A DNA stretch of 64,000 nucleotides from Heptranchias perlo (Eukaryota), in assembly GCF_035084215.1 (NCBI RefSeq), contig NC_090358.1, forward strand, positions 27,280,001 to 27,344,000, given 5' to 3'. A program made the translations under genes and the position numbers. The notes beneath the pieces were generated by a model. It was not told the DNA's origin. It did not search any database and worked only from the letters and a program-made list of their open reading frames with translations. Numbering within the stretch: position 1 is the stretch's first letter; every line of letters begins with the position of its first letter. Positions 60,791-64,000 of this stretch are shown here, piece by piece.

Positions 60791-62214
60791 CTTGGTCACA
60801 AAAGACGAGTCATGGCAAAAATGATCAGAAGATGAAACTTTTGATGCCTAAACGGGAGCTAGGTAACTCAACGGGTGTAATATAAATGTGTCAGTCTTTC
60901 AAAAAACATTATCTATCGCACTTGACCTGCACACTGCTATTAATACTGGTCATGGAAAATTCAACACATGCCATCACTCTCACCCCTCACCAAAAGCAGA
61001 AGGAGTGTAACTAGTTTAGAAAGAGAGAAAAAATGTTAAAAAGGTCACAGGCCAACTCTGCAAAATACTGCATCCATGAAACGGGACAAAGTTTTGTTCT
61101 TTAGATTGGCACCTACAGGAAAACTTGTATTTGATCAATAAAAGTTAAAACAAATGCAATCGCTGTTTCCAATGTTTCAGTTAGTATTTGATTAGGCTGA
61201 GCCTGTTTTCTTTCACACTGCAGCGCAAGTGCCACAAGATTTTTTTTGCATGTGGTTAATTCTCTCTTCATTCTGTAAATGTCGACTCTTCCTGGGGTTA
61301 TCTGGTCACTAAGGCCCTCCCACCTCAGCCAAGGGGCATTTGTCACATCTGAGCCTTCAGATTGTGTCTTCAGAGAGTATGCTGAACCAGGCAACAGTAA
61401 GGTGAAGGAAATACTGTTGGTTATAGGTCTGCCACTTTTGTGGGAGCAATTTCAAGTAAAATGGCACTAAATTAAAGCGTACTGGCTACATTGCCACTTG
61501 CCCTAAAGTAGCACCAGTACACCAAATAAGTCTAGTGATAAGACTGAATTGCTACTCCACTTTTGGCACTGAGCACTTCCAACACTGGCACAGCACTGGT
61601 TATATGTTCTATTAATGTGCCTCAACACCAATTGCACCAGTATAACAGTTCCACTTTTCAGACCATCCATCCTTATGGTCTGAGGGCATTTACCAATTAT
61701 GCATAGTTTTTTGCCATGCAATCACACTTATAGGAACTGGGTTGAGATTATGCAGTCATTTCATTTCAGATCTTTATCCCAGTAGTCTGCACTCAATTAA
61801 TGTTCTAAACCCACTGTGCCATCCATGCTTCAGAGTACTTTTTAATGCTACTCGCTGAAATAATTAAAAAAGGAAGCAACTGTTTTCACCGTGCTGCTAT
61901 CTGCCTCCGACAAATGATTATTCCCAACAACGAATGCCTGTTCTCAGGCTTCTATTACTGTAGTGTGACCAACCACCGGGAAGTGCAAAAGATTTACTTA
62001 GCTTGTGCCTGCGCATAATATCTTACACTTTAAATTAAGATCAAAGCCTAGATGGGATTGGTATCACACTATGGGAAATCCTAATCCATGCCTACCAGTC
62101 TGCAGTGCAGTGCATGGATATTCTTTGAAAATACAAACCACAACCATGGAAGTTAGATCGCCTGAAATTTCTATGCCTGAACAACAAGCTTGCAGCTTTT
62201 TCTCCCCAACATAA

Positions 62215-62428
62215 AATGATACAGCACAGAAGGCGGCCATTCGGCCCATGCCAGCACTTTGAAAGAGCTATCCAATTAGTCCCACTCTTTCCCCATAACC
62301 CTGGAAATTTTTCCCCTTCATATATTCATGCAATTCCCTTTTGAAAGTTACTCTTGAATCTGCTTCCACCACCCTTTCAAGCAGTGCATTCCAGATCATA
62401 ACTTGCTGTGTAAAAAAAAATCTCATCT
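62215..62428 (-). mobile_element. CR1 3' tail fragment
   Basis: ACAGCACAGAAGGCGGCCATTCGGCCCAT...GCAGTGCATTCCAGATCATAAC, as at 6300-6530. Confidence 0.85.
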
Positions 62429-63031
62429 GAGATACATATTTCTAGATTGGCGTAAAAGTTTGCATTAGTTCATGCTCTTCAAACATTTCATATTATTCTG
62501 TACTTGTGTCCAACTAATTTATCAAACCTGTAATCACTGAGAATGAATAATGTAATTAAAACTTAAATCAAGGATGCTGTAAAGCAGTGGTTTTTGAACT
62601 TCTCAAGGTGCAACGTTAAAGGATTATTATTCGTCAGCTGTACTACTAGTGGGAAATTTAAACAATACTGCTCGTGTTTTTACAAAATTCCACGCATACT
62701 CTTCAAGTGCAATTACTCCAAATATCCAGCTTCTAGTACATTTATGTCCATCACACCTCAAAGAACCACACTTGAAAATCAACATCATGCTTGCAACCTA
62801 ATTGTGTCAAATGTTTTCATAAAATATAAATGAATCATAACATATAGAAAACACCAAACACCACAGGAAAAACAGGTACAAAATCTACTAATAGGGAACT
62901 ACTGAGGATGTAGGATAACAAATTAGGAACAGTTAGCAAAGATAACCAATAAAAGAGGGGAGAGGCCGAGCCAAAGAAATTGCTCCAAATTTATTAAAAA
63001 TACTTTCAGCCTCCACCTTGATTTCTCAAGA

Positions 63032-64000
63032 GAACATAAGAAATAGGAGCAGGAGTAGGCCAATCGGCCCCTCGAGCCTGCTCCGCCATTCAATAAGATC
63101 ATGGCTGATCTGATCCTAACCTCAAATCTAAATTCATGTCCAATTTCGTGCTCGCTCCCCGTAACCCCTAATTCCCTTTACTTCTGGGAAACTGTCTATT
63201 TCTGTTTTAAATTTATTTAATGATGTAGCTTCCTGGGGCAGCAAATTCCACAGACCTACTACCCTCTGAGTGAAGAAGTTTCTCCTCATCTCTGTTTTGA
63301 AAGAGCAGCCCCTTATTCTAAGATTATGCCCCCTAGTTCTAGTTTCACCCATCCTTGGGAACATCCTTACCACATCCACCCGATCAAGCCCCTTCACAAT
63401 CATACGTTTCAATAAGATCGTCTCTCATTCTTCTGAACTCCAATGAGTAGAGTCCCAATCTACTCAACCTCTCCTCATATGTCCGCCCCCTCATCCTCGG
63501 GATTAACCGAGTGAACCTTCTTTGTATTGCCTCGAGAGCAAGTATGTCTTTTCTTAAGTATGGAGACCAAAACTGTATGCAGTATTCCAGGTGCGGTCTC
63601 ACCAATACCTTATATAACTGCAGCAATACCTCCCTGTTTTTATATTCTATCCCCCGAGCAATAAACGCCAACATTCCGTTGGCCTTCTTGATCACTTGCT
63701 GCACCTGCATACTAACTTTTTGATTTTCTTGCACTAGGACCCCCAGATCCCTTTGTACTGCAGTACTTTCCAGTCTCTTGCCATCAAGATAATAACTTGC
63801 TCTCTGATTTTTCCTGCCAAAGTGCATAACCTCACATTTTCCAATATTGTATTGCATCTGCCAAATCTCTGCCCACTCACTCAGCCTGTCTATAATCCCC
63901 TTGTAGGTTTTTTATGTCCTCCTCACTCTCTACTTTCCCTCCCATCTTTGTATCATCTGCAAACTTTGATATGTTACACTCGGTCCCCTCCTCCAAATCG
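63032..64000 (-). mobile_element. CR1 LINE 3' part, continuing past the window end
   Basis: ORFs 63384..63857 and 63134..63412; KFADD region at ~63950; tail AACATAAGAAATAGGAGCAGGAGTAGGCC. Confidence 0.95.

Noticed and set aside
1-64000. The many 60-250 aa ORFs in the track as independent genes or an operon-like system
   Set aside because: They are LINE ORF fragments, antisense shadows of LINEs, or random ORFs, many with non-ATG starts. The DNA is intron-rich vertebrate sequence.
1-64000. CRISPR array, rRNA, prophage or defence system
   Set aside because: No regularly spaced direct repeats or prokaryotic gene organisation were seen. Repeated motifs are dispersed retroelement copies.

Overview
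Vertebrate genomic DNA, very probably from a shark or other elasmobranch, judged from its repeat families (CR1/HER1-type LINEs, DeuSINEs, Penelope termini). Two minus-strand genes lie head to tail. One is ZFAND6 (A20 + AN1 zinc fingers; five canonical coding exons from 51784 to 19061, 211 aa, with a long 3' UTR). The other is the 5' end of FAH (fumarylacetoacetase; exons 1-2, continuing off the left edge). This matches the human ZFAND6-FAH gene order. Most of the remainder is decayed retroelements (CR1, L2, RTE, a second APE-RT LINE family, SINEs, Penelope fragments, MITE-like elements), and nearly all ORFs in the track are pieces of these. The most notable observations are: (1) a ~3.1 kb LINE whose 5' end is a tRNA-derived, Meta-domain-like SINE head running almost directly into an APE-RT ORF, with no room for ORF1; (2) a frame-preserving 240-nt candidate cassette exon in ZFAND6; (3) a 175-bp spacerless palindromic Penelope-derived insertion with a 12-bp TSD; (4) a pre-miRNA-sized hairpin in FAH intron 1; (5) a doubly rearranged LINE copy. 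Exon boundaries were read base by base. Repeat boundaries are approximate, and family names come from motif recognition and memory, not database searches.
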